Source: Tubulanus polymorphus
Lineage: Eukaryota > Animalia > Nemertea
Assembly: GCF_964204645.1 (NCBI RefSeq)
Contig: NC_134029.1
Coordinates: forward strand, 21,198,950 to 21,262,949
Direction of reading: 5' to 3'
DNA length: 64,000 nt
A program made the position numbers and the translations under genes. Within the stretch, counting starts at the first letter, position 1. Each line of letters begins with the position of its first letter. Shown here one piece after another: positions 46,961 to 60,000 of this stretch. The notes under the pieces are model-generated. The model worked only from the letters and a program-made list of their open reading frames with translations. It did not search any database and was not told the DNA's origin.

Positions 46961-49900
46961 TCAAGCGGTCGAGCTCCTCTTTCTCCATCTGCGCATACAG
47001 GGCGTAAATTCGCATATGAATAGTAATATGGCCAGAACGACACCACCAAGCAGGACGAAAAATACACCGGCAACATTCACTAATTTCAGTTCAGTAGTTT
47101 CGTCATCAGATGAAGAATCTTTGCTACATTTTGATGATCTCCACCATCTATAATAAAAAGACAACAAGAAAATAGATTATGAATCAGTGGAGAGCCTGAG
47201 GCGATGACAATGCCAACGCACACAACGCTCGGAAAGAGGAGACAGAAACTGTTTCCGAGCGTTTCGTGTGTCGTGTGCGTTGGGCTTAACTATCTGCCTT
47301 TATACTAGAGCATGACCAGTACTAACTTGTGTTCTAGTTCACCAAGTCTTCCAGAATCACTAAGGTTCAAGATAGCCATTGTAAGTTGCTCGCGGTATGG
47401 AGCTCCGACAGGTAAAGCGATACCAAATCCTTTAGTATTGTCGAATTCCGGACCGATCGCCATCAGTTTACAGTTCTGCGAAACTTCGTAATCGATTACA
47501 GTACTGTCCCAGAGAAAAGCGTAATTCCCCTCGAGGACCCGAGCTAAACCTGCCGATGAATTCAACACCATATCTTCTTTAATCGTATTCATGTGAACGT
47601 ACATTTTATTAAACTGTTCTATAGACGTATATTTGAGGAAGTTGAGGACGCCACTGTTCTCTACGGAGCCGTATCTGACAGTCGTCTGATAAGCGAGATC
47701 TGTAACAGACGATATGGGCGCTTGAATCTGACGGATGGTAAGAAATGCGGCCAAATTGGCCGTATACGACGACACGAGGATCAGCGCGAAAAACCACCAC
47801 GCGCTTGTTAAAATTCGTCCCGGTATCGTCATCGGAGTCGATTCGGTGCTGCCCCCTACAATCGCGCCAAATACGAACCAGAAACTCTCGTACCAATCGA
47901 AAAATACAGCCCCTTCATCGCGAACTGTGCGACATTTATTTTCAAAAATGTATTCGAGTACGGCGACTAGTACCACAGACAACATCACACAGAACCACAC
48001 CAACCCATGGAACGGTTTCAGAAACTGTAGATACGACATTTCCGGTGGGATTTTCTTCATGATGACCGATATTCCTCGAGTTTTGAACGGTTTAGTGAAA
48101 TCTATCGCTTGTTCGCGTTCAGCGTTGATACTAAGCGGAGCGACAGACATGGTAGCATTCTGAAATGATAAATGATTAAATACATGCTAAAAATCAAATG
48201 AAATAATTCCAAATTCGGTTCTCATACCCCGCTTAGTAGTTGTCTGACGATTCCGTTCCATTCGCCAAATTTGTTTTTCGCCCCATACTGGCCGTCCGGT
48301 ACTTCATATAACTCATAACTGAAACCCATATTGCGACTGATTTCTTCAATTAGATCAATGCAGTATCCTTTCCAGCGGCTGTTACCTTTCAATTCATTAA
48401 ACCGATGTCTTCTCATTACGAAGGGCGGTTCCTGAACAAAAGAAAAACCCACAAAAAAAGATGTAGTTTTTATTGTGTGTATGACCGAATTGATTCCAAT
48501 TTTCAAAATCATTATAAAGGCATTTGATCGAACCAATGGAAGATCATAGATCACTTTAATTTTAGAAATGCATTTCTCAGGACGACCAATTACACCGTCT
48601 TTGTCGTTGGACAATCTCATCAACCAGCTACTTCATGTCCTCGCCCCAATCTTGGCACTGGTATCTTGATACTTATCTTTATTTTCTTGATACTAATACT
48701 TATTTCACGGGTGTACTTATGAGGGATTTTATTCACGAGTGTTCAGGTCGCCCAAACCTTATCTTTCTTTAGTTCTCATCACGTTAATCCATTTACACGG
48801 ACTTCGGTGCGATTGCCTGCGAGATCACCGATTTACACACAACATCAACCCCTTCATGAATAAAACATGTTACCTGTATAATGACGACCTTGGCAACGCT
48901 TTTTCCTAATGTGGCTTCCGTCAGATCTGGGACTATATGCGTGAATTGAAGACGCTTCTCGAACATAGTGGCATTTGAGCACCAACGAGCACTCTGAAAT
49001 ATTTTTGAAAATATAGATTATACAAACAGCATCTTACTCAGCACACTCAGAATCTTACCTGATTAGAATATGATGCATAGATACGACGCGGCTTGACGTT
49101 TACTCACGTTCAGAATCGTGTCTTACCTGAAATGCTTTGGTTGACTCGAGATTCGTTATACCCAACGTGAAATTCACTCTTCTTCCCTGACTATCAAATT
49201 GAATATTTCCACCTTTGCCTATGTAATGATTCTGTAACGAAATAATGCGCTGAGATTGATAACAATCGTATACGACACGAAGAGTAAATGCAAATGCGAT
49301 AGACTCGCTGAAGCCGTTTTCATTAGGGTCGCTAACATCTTAGATAATAAAGACTATATAAGTGCCGCTACTATCATCCTGACGATCATGAGAAACCTGG
49401 CTAAACTAACCGTGGAAAGTTGATCGTTGACATCATTAGCGACCAGGTCCCCGTTCCAACCTATCATTGCCATACCAATACTAGCCAACATCGTCGATAT
49501 ATCAGAAAATATAACAGCTTTCAGATTGCTCGGGCGTTGGCCAGAAGCGATAGTGTCGAATAGGGTTACTTGAGAAACATTCGGTTTTATATGTTGGAAT
49601 TTGTCGTATCCGATGTTTTCAAATCCCTGGATAGAAATATTTCGTGATTATTCTAATAATTTCAATATCTTCAATCGTGTATTTTTTCATGTCGATGTCA
49701 ATCAATACTTACTGGATTCAACGTTATCCATCGATTATTTCGTCCCAAAATTGATAGATATCTGGCCTGAAAGATGTTAAAACGATTATCAACGTCGGTT
49801 TTATGCTCCACCGGTTGCGTGTGTTTAGATCGCGACCAGTTCCACTGGTAGCCAATCGTGTTAGAACGATATGTGGCGTATGGGCGATAGCCAAAACTCA

Positions 49901-52900
49901 GGGCGGATCCAAGGCGAGGGTGTAGGAAGTGCACATCCCCTAAAATATCTAGTTACCCAATGATTTTAAGGGGGATTGAAAAATATTGATACTAGAATAT
50001 CAACTGGTACTTAGAAATTCATAAGCTTGCTCTCTGTACTTCCAAAATGAAGTAATGTTTCCCGATGATCGGATGCCCTTTTCATCATATGCTCTATTTT
50101 GGGCTCCTCTCTGAATGAGACCCTAGATCCGCCACTGAAATCGAACGTTGAACTCCAAAGAATCAAAAAAAAGATTAAGAGATTGATACCTCTTTTAGAA
50201 TTATCTGTATGAGCGTCGGGTCAACGGCCAACACGTAATGATCGATATCGTGATCTGCTGCTGCGGTACCGAATGTTTGCCGTACAGTCAACACACTGAC
50301 ATTACCTCTTAGGCGCCATACATTCATCGATACCCACGATTTAAGCACAAACTGTTGACTGATTTCCGATCCTGAAAAAATACCAGTCATTCGTTCATTT
50401 CATCTTAAAGCAACCTAAAAGAAATCTGCTTATCAACCGCCCGGACAAAGTTTATATGAACCAGTTTCAGTGACAAGAAAATCTTGGTATTGATGCTTAT
50501 TCTTGGTCCAATTTCATAAACAGCGAAATACATAAATTTCTTCTAGATTTTATGTTTCTTAGCACTACGTTTTCCTGAAAATTCTATCATTTTATGATTA
50601 TGATATGATGGGTATTCTAACTATTAGGCATAGTTATTCAATTTATGGGTCATACGTAGTTGCACCAAGAATGTTCCATGCTGGATTGGTTTCCGGCAGG
50701 CATATCTTCCTTGCATCTTTTGTTGACTCGACTCGCAGTTACACCGGTAACGATGTCATAAAATCTAATAAATGTCTAGTTTTTGGTATGGTATCCATGG
50801 ATACAAATTACATTCAATCAGGCATCACATGTAGGGCATATTCACAGATTCCACAATAGGTAACCAGGGGCGAATTACTGCCCTCTGTCAATCAGTCAAA
50901 TCTACTAAAAAATCTAAGTTGGAACCAAATCATTTCTCACATAAATTTGAATTTACGAAAATTACGATATTCTATTTACGAAACGCTACAGAAATAACTC
51001 TTTTGAAGATATCAAAGATCTAGTGTTAACCATCTTAAGAAAACGGATAGATGTTTATAGCATATTTCAAAGGAGTAGACTTTTTATCATAATATTCAGC
51101 ATAATTTTTCTTGAGTGACCTTCAGGCTGTAGATATCAAACGCACCGATAAATTGGTATAGTCAATGGAACGGAATCTTTATGAGCTCTGGGTACCATAA
51201 ACGGAGAGACGAACTCTCGTAAATCAAGCCGTCTTACCGTCGATAAAGTGCTTAAGCACGCAGAAGGCTTTATTATCGATAGGTTCAGTGGCAAGGCAGG
51301 CAATCTACGAAATAAACTTTAATGTTTGATCAGGAGCAAAAATTCCATCAAAGATTAAGCATTTACAACGATTTTTATGATCTCGAAATGTAACATTATA
51401 ACTATTGAAGTGCTCGAGCTAAGTGAATCATCTAAGACTTTCGTCGAACGTAATAAAAAAGATGAAAGCAGTTTTTGTGTTTTAAAAATTACATACTAAA
51501 ACTAGTTACGTATATACGGTATAAAACATGATCAAAAGCATTGTGTAAACACTCATTTCCTAAATAAATTCACGGTAACTATCTGTAAGCTACAGAACGT
51601 AGAAAATAATGTGTTGCATTTTGCTTTTTATGTATTTGTGATGTAAATTCATAGCGAAATGAAGAATAGTTTTATAGTGAATTCGAAATTCGACGTTTGA
51701 ACAATAAGTTTGTTGAATTCAATTTTTTCCGCGAATATTTCTATAGACAAAGCCCGTTTCTACGTCATTTGGGATTTTGCGGTTGTTGAGTACACGCTGG
51801 GATATTGCTCGATTCAAGTCACTGCAGTGATTTATACAGATATAAACGGTGTAATAAGCCATAAACAAAAGGTCGGTAACCTTCATTAGCAAAATAACGA
51901 TCGTCGGCTACATCAAAATGAATTCCCTTATCTTCAGAAGGCTTATGCTCTATTCAAAAATATGGTTGAATGAAATCATTGCGAAGATTTATTGGTTCAT
52001 CTATCATAGAATGCTCCCCGATGAGGAATGGCTTAATGGAAATTATATCTTATTTAACAAAATTATGGAAATCACGTAGAAATAAATCAGTTCTTTTAAT
52101 CGTGTAAAGCGCAGCATTCTCTTCAATAAACATTTTATGCGTGTATTTTGTATATATTCCTGATTTTTTCATTTTCATTGGTGTTTTTTATGGGGGATTT
52201 TCTCGCAAAGGGATCCTCGTATGCCAGGGTTCGATTGCCTCCCACTTGAGCTCGGGTGGGAGGCAACCGAATCCTGGCTTGGGCCCCATGCTTGGAGTAC
52301 TCCGAGATCCTGGCAAGCGAGGATGGCAAAGGGGGATTAAAGTTGAACCGAATCTAGGTGTTTCTAACCCACTCGATTGAGAAGCGTAACATGAGTTCAC
52401 ACTCACCCAAGGTTTTGTCGTAAACCAACGCAAATCGCTGAATATCGTAAGCTTCGACCAAGTCGATCATAGCCTGGCCAAAATCTTCCGGTTGAGGTAA
52501 AAAACAGAACTGATACGCGCCCAAACATCTGGACAACGATATCGTCATGTACGGTATCTTCAAAGATTCAGTGACGATCAGAATAGTCGCATCTTCCGGT
52601 GCTATCACTAGAGCAACTTTCTGCGACTTCAGGATATTTTGGACTGAAATAGAAAATGTTATTGTAGTTCTGCAAACAAAAAATGTAAGGTTCATTAAAG
52701 CTCCATATTAGCTTAGACCTATAAAGACTATATCAGAGACTGCACAAGTAAGAACTTCGAACCGTTGTGGAATATTAAGGCCATTGAGCCAGTATAAATT
52801 GGTAACAAAGAAGAAAAAGAAATTCATTACTCGAGGTTCAATAAACTTTCGTGTTTGCATATCTTAACATGCGCCGACATTTTCACGACCGATTTTCTAT

Positions 52901-54605
52901 CGGACCGTTTAGATTAAGCCTTTTAATACGTCGTCTAAATTCAAAACAGGCATATCTTGATTTAGTGGTTTGACGAAATAGATGATAAGGGGACATAGAA
53001 ATAATGCGCCTCAATTTAAAACCTATCAAAACACAATGGCTCGAATAACGGAATTTAACGTATCGCTAAACAGAATAACGAATATCTTTTTTGATCAAAT
53101 TGTCCATTCGAATCAACGGACACTGATACGATGACGTCATCACCAGGAATACCCCGAACATGGAGATCAAGTAACTGTCATGATTTTACCGTGAAAGCTA
53201 TGAAATTTATAATCATCATTAAGCAACATTATTGATGAACATGTACACATACCCTCTGTCAGTCTCTGATATTCTTTCGATTTATCAGTAGCTGGATCGG
53301 GTAATTCTATATACGTGATAGTAATGGCACCACTTTCCCGAGTTTCGGTACGTGCCGTCTCCTTATCACTGGCCAATACACCTAGAAAATTAACGTAGAC
53401 GATTTATTTTGGTAATCTTTCATCTTGTTATGTCATTCAATCGTTCTTTCGGGGGTCCGGGTTGAGGATTTTTGATGCGGAAAACCATCGCAGTCGCAAT
53501 CGAATGTGCCGTACTTGGTTGGATTTCGAAAGCGACCTTGTCCTGTTTCACACTGTCACTGTCTGATTGATATTAACTATATCCTTGTTTATGGTCATTT
53601 AGAGACGTTTCACTGGATATGCAATAGGCGGTGGGATTTAATTACTTAGTCAGTGGTGGTTTTTTATGATTATGACCAGACTGTGCTATTATATTGTGCG
53701 TATCAGCATAGCAAAAGCATTGACGCATTGACTGTGGCCGCGATCGAGCTCGTTGATCTTATGATAACCACCACTAGAGCAGCATTATGTCGAAAGAAAC
53801 ATGGCAACTCAAATAGCTTTATTTCTCAAAAAGAGGGTCTTCTTCGTGTCTGACTGAAAAAAATGAATATATAAGACATCGATGCATATGTCTGACAAAA
53901 GGGAGGATACGGATCGGTTAATTGAGACAGAAAATATGGAAGTTCCAGTTTCAATCGCTGAAGCTCTACTACGTGTACAGCCATTTTTTACATTCATTGG
54001 GCTTATACTACTCCTCGGCCTTCAAGGCTGAAATTCTCTTAATTTCCCGGTAGTGCTGATAATTAAACAATGATAGATTACAAAAGGTCGTTGGAGTTCC
54101 AATTTTCGCTTGGTGATGGTATCAAGCATTTTCATCAAGTCATCAAGGTCACTGGTCATATCGCGCACAAATGGTATATTTGTGATGTGATATGAATAAC
54201 AAGTATGGACATTATCTGCCCAGGGGGCGGATTGCCAATAGCATACAATTAATCTACATACATCTTCAACTTCACTAACGATTTGCGCTTTGAATGTCAA
54301 TGCAGCATTTACTGTCCTAGAAATTATCTCCAAAAGATGTACATTCTACGACAGAAAATCGTTCATATTCACCATCGCTGCCGGCTCAGACAAAATGTAA
54401 TTTTTCCCATTTAACAAATTGCTTTCAACTATTTCCAATAATTCATATTTCAATATGGTATGTATCTATTATCATTCATCATCTTCACGACTGAATGGAA
54501 AAAATGTTTCATTTACGTACCAACTTTCACTCCAGGAGCTACAGCCTCTTGCACCAGTACCAGTACCCATAAAAACACCGTCACTACGAGGTGTGCACGC
54601 TTCAT
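46961..54605 (-). CDS. Ionotropic glutamate receptor-family subunit B (non-NMDA, AKDF/delta-like), about 11 coding exons; first stop TGA 46963-46961, possible readthrough to 46745
   Basis: Signal-peptide exon 54605-54521 (MKRAHLVVTVFLWVLVLVQEAVAPGVKVG). Further exons: ~53381-53253, ~52643-52407, ~50371-50190, ~49766-49711, ~49627-49307, ~49231-49128, ~48992-48874, ~48431-48227 (EPPFV...KGYCIDLIEEI...WNGIVRQL), ~48159-47327 (APLSINAEREQAIDFTKPF, SYTANLAAFLT, YAFLWD) and ~47148-46961 (M4 NVAGVFFVL). Confidence 0.93.
47212..47288. mobile_element. Short MITE of the 34188 family in the last intron of iGluR-B
   Basis: GCCAACGCACACAAC...GTCGTGTGCGTTGGGCTTA. Confidence 0.7.
49899..50137. mobile_element. 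hAT-like MITE
   Basis: Termini CAGGGCGGATCC...GATCCGCCACTG; no clear target-site duplication. Confidence 0.55.
52213..52324. mobile_element. GC-rich palindromic MITE-like element
   Basis: Outer inverted repeat ATCCTCGTATGCCAGG/CCTGGCAAGCGAGGAT and inner 22-bp stem CCAGGGTTCGATTGCCTCCCAC/GTGGGAGGCAACCGAATCCTGG. Confidence 0.65.
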
Positions 54606-55443
54606 TTTGTCAAAGATCCTATTTCACGTACAAAATCACCACGATCTTTTTTATATCACCAATATCATCATAACAGAATTTTTGCGAGATTTTTACTGGT
54701 ATCTCTATCGTGATAGAGATATCTAAGCCAGTTAGTAATGGGAATGATTTCCAGGATGCAACCACACAGGTAAATGAATGCCTATATCTACGTGAAGAGT
54801 AGATGAAAAGAATTTTCGTCGACAGCTGTTCACGAATAAAACACTTTTGTTTTTGTCTTGTTGTTGTTGATATATATTATCAGTAAACTACAGTGTTCAT
54901 TGTAATTCCGCTCTGTAAGGTTGAGATTTATGTAACGACGTCGATGAAAGTAAATTTGCCGCCTGTAAGAAGTACGAGCCGTACGGCGTACTGACTGATA
55001 GTGAAGCGCCGACTGCTGCTAGGTCGTAACTCGGCCGATGTCGGTAATAAAACTGTCGCTGCGATGAACGCGTTAGATCAGTTCCTCCGCCAGTTGACAG
55101 GACGTCTAATTGGGATTTTCGACCAAATCTTCAATTCCCATCCTTAGGATCCCCAACCTCACCCAACTTCATGGTCCACTTCAGGAACCTAGCTTCCCTA
55201 GCTCCCCCAGCTATTACTCAACTAACCACACGTCCTATGAAGTTGTTCAAGACTTTGTGAAGTATCGTCAATCTGTCAGATTATTATGTCACTTATCTAA
55301 GAAAATATAAAACATTGATTTTATTGATAGGCAAAGAGAACTGTGTCGTTATCAATAGATTGATTTTGCGCTCCAATTTGCAATTCATACACACATACAC
55401 GCGCGAAGATAATCAGTCAGTATACCGACCTTCTAGACCGAAG

Positions 55444-56975
55444 ATGTCTAAAATTGCCGTGGTAAGTACTAAACGACCAAACGTACCTACTCAGAATTGG
55501 TCATAAACTTTCTAATCAAATTTCATTCAATCTAGTGTGTTTTTATAAATGTAATTTCATTATGAATTTCAGGTAACAGGAGCAAATAAAGGAATAGGAT
55601 TTTGCATAGCTGAACAGCTATGTGAGAAACTAGGCCCAGACTCCATCGTTTATCTCACTGGTAGATTCTAATTTTTCACTAAACTGGAATTATTTCCCAA
55701 CTTGCATCTGTTGAATATGATACATTTCTTAGCTAGGGATGTCGGACGTGGTGAGAAAGCCGTACAGGATCTTGCAGAAAAAGGTTTAAAACCGAAATTC
55801 CACCAGCTCGACATCGCTAGCGTCGACAGCATTAGGACATTTGCGTCCTTTCTGAAAGAAACCCACGGTGGTTTAGACATCTTGGTTAACAATGCGGGAA
55901 TCGCTTTTATGGTACGTAAATATGTCAAGAGAAAAGAAGATCGGGGGAATTTAGACTTGTTAACCAATTTGTCAAAGGGTCTATTCATATATTGTCTTGT
56001 AGAATGATAAGGGTATTCCGTTCTCGGAACAGGCGGAAAAAACTATAGAAGTGAACTATACAGGCTTAGTGAATGTATGTAAAGAGTTATTTCCCCTTCT
56101 CAGACCTCATTCAAGGTCAGTCAGTTTCAGGGAGCATTGTTCATGATTGTAGAAAATTTGAAAACCATTATTTTGGTTTCGATAATCTTATGCTAGACTG
56201 ATTTTTCTGAAATGAGAAACTGATTTAGTTAGCTTCGACGAGTGCTACAACGTTTGCGTCTTTACCACTTGCAGAGTCGTTAACGTATCCAGCATGCTCA
56301 TCCGTATGACGTTGAAAAAGTTCAGTCCTGAAATGCACGAACGGGTAAAATCCGAAATGACTATGGATGAATTGGGTGCCTTCATGCAGGAATTCGTCGA
56401 GTAAATTCTAAAATCTATTGAGCTTAAAGTGTTCGAATTACGTTATTATTTGATATAATCATGTTTCATGCTTCATTCTAGACTTGCAAAAGCGGGAACG
56501 CACCAGGAAAAAGGCTTCTCCAACTCCGCCTATTCCGTTTCGAAGATTGGAGTGACGAAATTGTCTTACATTCAACAGAAACTGTTTGACACCGATGAAC
56601 GCGAGGATATCATCGTAAATGCTGCAAGTATCAACTAACCGAATTTTCATGAATTTCTATTAACCAGTTTTTAAACGCTGACAAATCTCTACGTATTTCT
56701 CTGATCAGTGCTGTCCAGGATTCTGCAAAACAGATCTCAACGGGCATAGAGGAGCGAAGAGCCCTCAGGATGGTCAGTATTTCTATCACGCGAAATAGAT
56801 GATATCTAGTTCCGGGGGGTCTCTTTCGCGTGATTTTTCTCTATACTGATTTGAATTTCTTTTCCTTTTTCCAGGTGCTGATACGCCCGTGTATCTAGCA
56901 TTATTACCACCGGGGACTGTAGAACCGAAGGGTGAACATGTGGAGGATAGAAAGATTATCAAAACACTCGAATAA
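55444..56975 (+). CDS. CBR1: Carbonyl reductase [NADPH] 1-like SDR, 8 coding exons
   Basis: Motifs VTGANKGIG, YLTARD, FHQLDI, GGLDILVNNAGIAF, RVVNVSS, catalytic YSVSK, NACCPG..KTDL and GADTPVYLALLP. Confidence 0.92.
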
Positions 56976-57097
56976 AACCTTCCGAACTTTGATGAAAAAA
57001 ATCTTACAAGAATTCATTTATACACATTGAATAAACATTTATTAACAGCAAAAGCACCGATAAATAGAATTCTCGAGAATGAATCATCATTCGATTA

Positions 57098-60000
57098 TCA
57101 CATTACTTCTGAGGAACTATAATTCGTAATTAAATTCTCTAATTTCTCGATAACTTCGTTGTATTCGTCTAAATCGATGTGCGTCTCTAGGAAGATGTGC
57201 GCGAATTTATGAATATTGATTCGTTTAACTTCGTCTCTCAGCGATGACAGCATGTCCGCCGTGCTGGAGTTCGACTGAAGACTCGTCAACACGGGAACAG
57301 AATCAACACCTATAATTATAGTAATAATCTAATTCATGAAATTTATTTCAAACAACAGTAACTTGAAATGAAATTCTCGGCATTTAACAATTTCAGACAG
57401 GAATTTAAGCGGAGGACTCTTCTGAAATAAGCGTGTCTTTAATTGCCAGATAACTAGTGTAAACAATTTCAATCAATATTTTCTCTGAAGACTGAAGGTA
57501 TAATGTACGGGTACCTTGATTGATGGGTCTTGGAAAATTGTCGTGAATCAATCCGTCAGTTTTCAGATTAGGGTGGAATATATGCGGATATGGCTTAGAT
57601 GTTTTACACGCTGTATTGTAAGCATTCACCATACTGAAATAGAAAATACATAGGTGTATACCAATATGCTTAATCTTATTCTACCCTCCTATATATGATT
57701 TTATATGATCTCCTGGATATGATTTAATGAAAACGTTTTAAGCTTAAAATGGTTAAGTTGTTGATGGAGCCACCAGCAACAACAATCTATAGTTTTCATG
57801 AAGAGGAGCAAGTGATATGAAATAAACTTGATTCGTTTACCTGTTAGTTGCAGGGTACAAATCCTGTAAATAAATCTGCAAAACTTCATCAGCTGATTTA
57901 CAATTTTTCAATGAAGTCGGCAAATTTTGCGTCATTGAACTGAAAAATGAAGGATTCTAAAGCTTATCATGGATTTTATATACAAATTTGAGCAAACAGG
58001 ATTCGAATTTTGATGAAAATACGTTTTGATGTTGGTGATTCCTCTGAGAACAACTGATTGTGATGCAACGTCGCCGGTGGCGCTGCCCGAGCAAGGTGTC
58101 AACGAATACCACAGAGGATTATCTCCTAGTCTTAAAAGCTTATCGATTAAACCTTCACCCGGTGATAAACTGAATGGAAATGTAGCCTGTAAATTAGCGA
58201 CCTAAAACGAACGAAGCGAGTTTAACGATGAACGATATTATTGAATAATTACCAACAATAATAATTACCAAAAATGTACAATGTATTTCAGTTACCTTTC
58301 GGCCAGAAAATGCAAGTACGTGTGACAGATCATATAAGTCTAGACAGTTAGTGTCACTTCTCAGCGGTAGAGTGGCTGTATCCAAACAAGCGGCTAAAAC
58401 CGCACTTGTGTGATATGATAAATTAGCCTGGAACAAGAATTAGAACAAATGAGCCAAAATCAACGAAATTTGGCACTCAAACTCACTTCAGTGAGGTCAT
58501 TCATTAATAGCTTACATTGTACTGAAGGTTTGGAGATTGTAAGTAGTTTGACGGTTTTCTCCATTGATTCATAGCACATGAAAGTGGTAACATAATTGAG
58601 GATTGTTCGACCATTGAAATATAAGATAGCATAGTGTTGATCATACGACAGTTATCTTGAACTGCCGTCTGAAAGAGACAATTAAACGGAGATACACCTT
58701 ACACATATCTTAGAAATTATGGCTATATTTGAGTTATCTTACAGTATCTCCGTAAACAGTGGGCATGGCGCCGATTGTAAATATTGGTCGTTCGTATTGA
58801 TCACAAATCTCCTCAAGTAAAGATCCAGTTATTCCCCCGAATCCATTGTGTACATCAGACATTATCTGAAAGCCCTAAAAAACCGAGACCAAGAAAAACT
58901 GATGATTACATTCCTCATTTTGTTTCGCAGCATAAATAAAGATCTAGAAGAATCAAGTTGTCAGGAACAAGATTTTGTGAAGAGATTGATTTATTTACCT
59001 GTAGATGATCACATTCTTCAACAAAGACATGAATTCGATCTTCAAGCTGATTATGGAATCCACGATCCTTGTACACACTTAAACCATAGTTATACACATC
59101 AAACGGGCTAAATTCACTATAAGTAATGAGTCAAAATTAAACTTAATTTATCGAATAAAAAATGATGCAAGAAATTCTCGTGGCATACCTTTCATGTGTG
59201 AAGTTCTCGACAATGTTGAGGGTTTTCGGGTGAAGATGTATTTTGAGGAAATCTGACCAGACTTTGATGTCATCATCGAGATTGTACAATGATTTTGGAC
59301 CAAAAACTTGGCTTTTTTCAGCAGGGCCTGTAAAACAAATTTGACGATTCTATTTTAACCGACCCTTGAAGAAAATGTTGCTGCCAAAAATTATCGGAGT
59401 TAGGGGCCCTACATACCTTCTACTTTCATTTCTTTGTCTTCGTCATCCTCATCAATACTCTCTGGTTCATGATAATAAGCCTGCATCATAAAAAGGTGAG
59501 TTAGAATAATCAAATATTCAAAGAATAACTGAACAAGTTTCCTTTGTTTTTCAAATACCTCTTCTTTTTCCAAATCTCGTAGAAATTCATTCTTTACGAA
59601 TTGTTCAGATTTGTGTAGGGTTATATCATTTTGCCTGAAATTAAGATTTCAAAGATTCCTGAATTCCGTGTAAATAAACCATGAAATATCATAATGGAAT
59701 GTTGCAATAATAAGTAAGCTACCAATTAATGTTCTCCTCTTCGCCGGGTAGGGTGTAAAGAACGCCCTCTTTTTTCAGTGTATTCAAACTTCCTACAACC
59801 GAAAACAAATGAATAACTAAATATCTGAATATGATTTTCATTAGTTGAGTCGAGAAGATACACAGATCCGTGTAAGATGAAAAACAAGAGAAATCTCAAT
59901 AGATTCAGCCAAAAATGAATGTTTTGGCTAAATTCTATTAGCCATCATCGGGAGTACACCTGCTGATAGTTTAGCCGTAATGTTGCTTGAAATACATTTC

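Noticed and set aside
46961-46963. Selenocysteine recoding of the iGluR-B TGA
   Set aside because: It lies in a disordered cytoplasmic tail with no redox motif, and I saw no canonical SECIS. A SECIS search was not run.
46955-47000. Tiny intron removing the iGluR-B TGA (GTATGC...AAAG)
   Set aside because: It would be under ~45 nt with no polypyrimidine tract, shorter than the other introns in this window.
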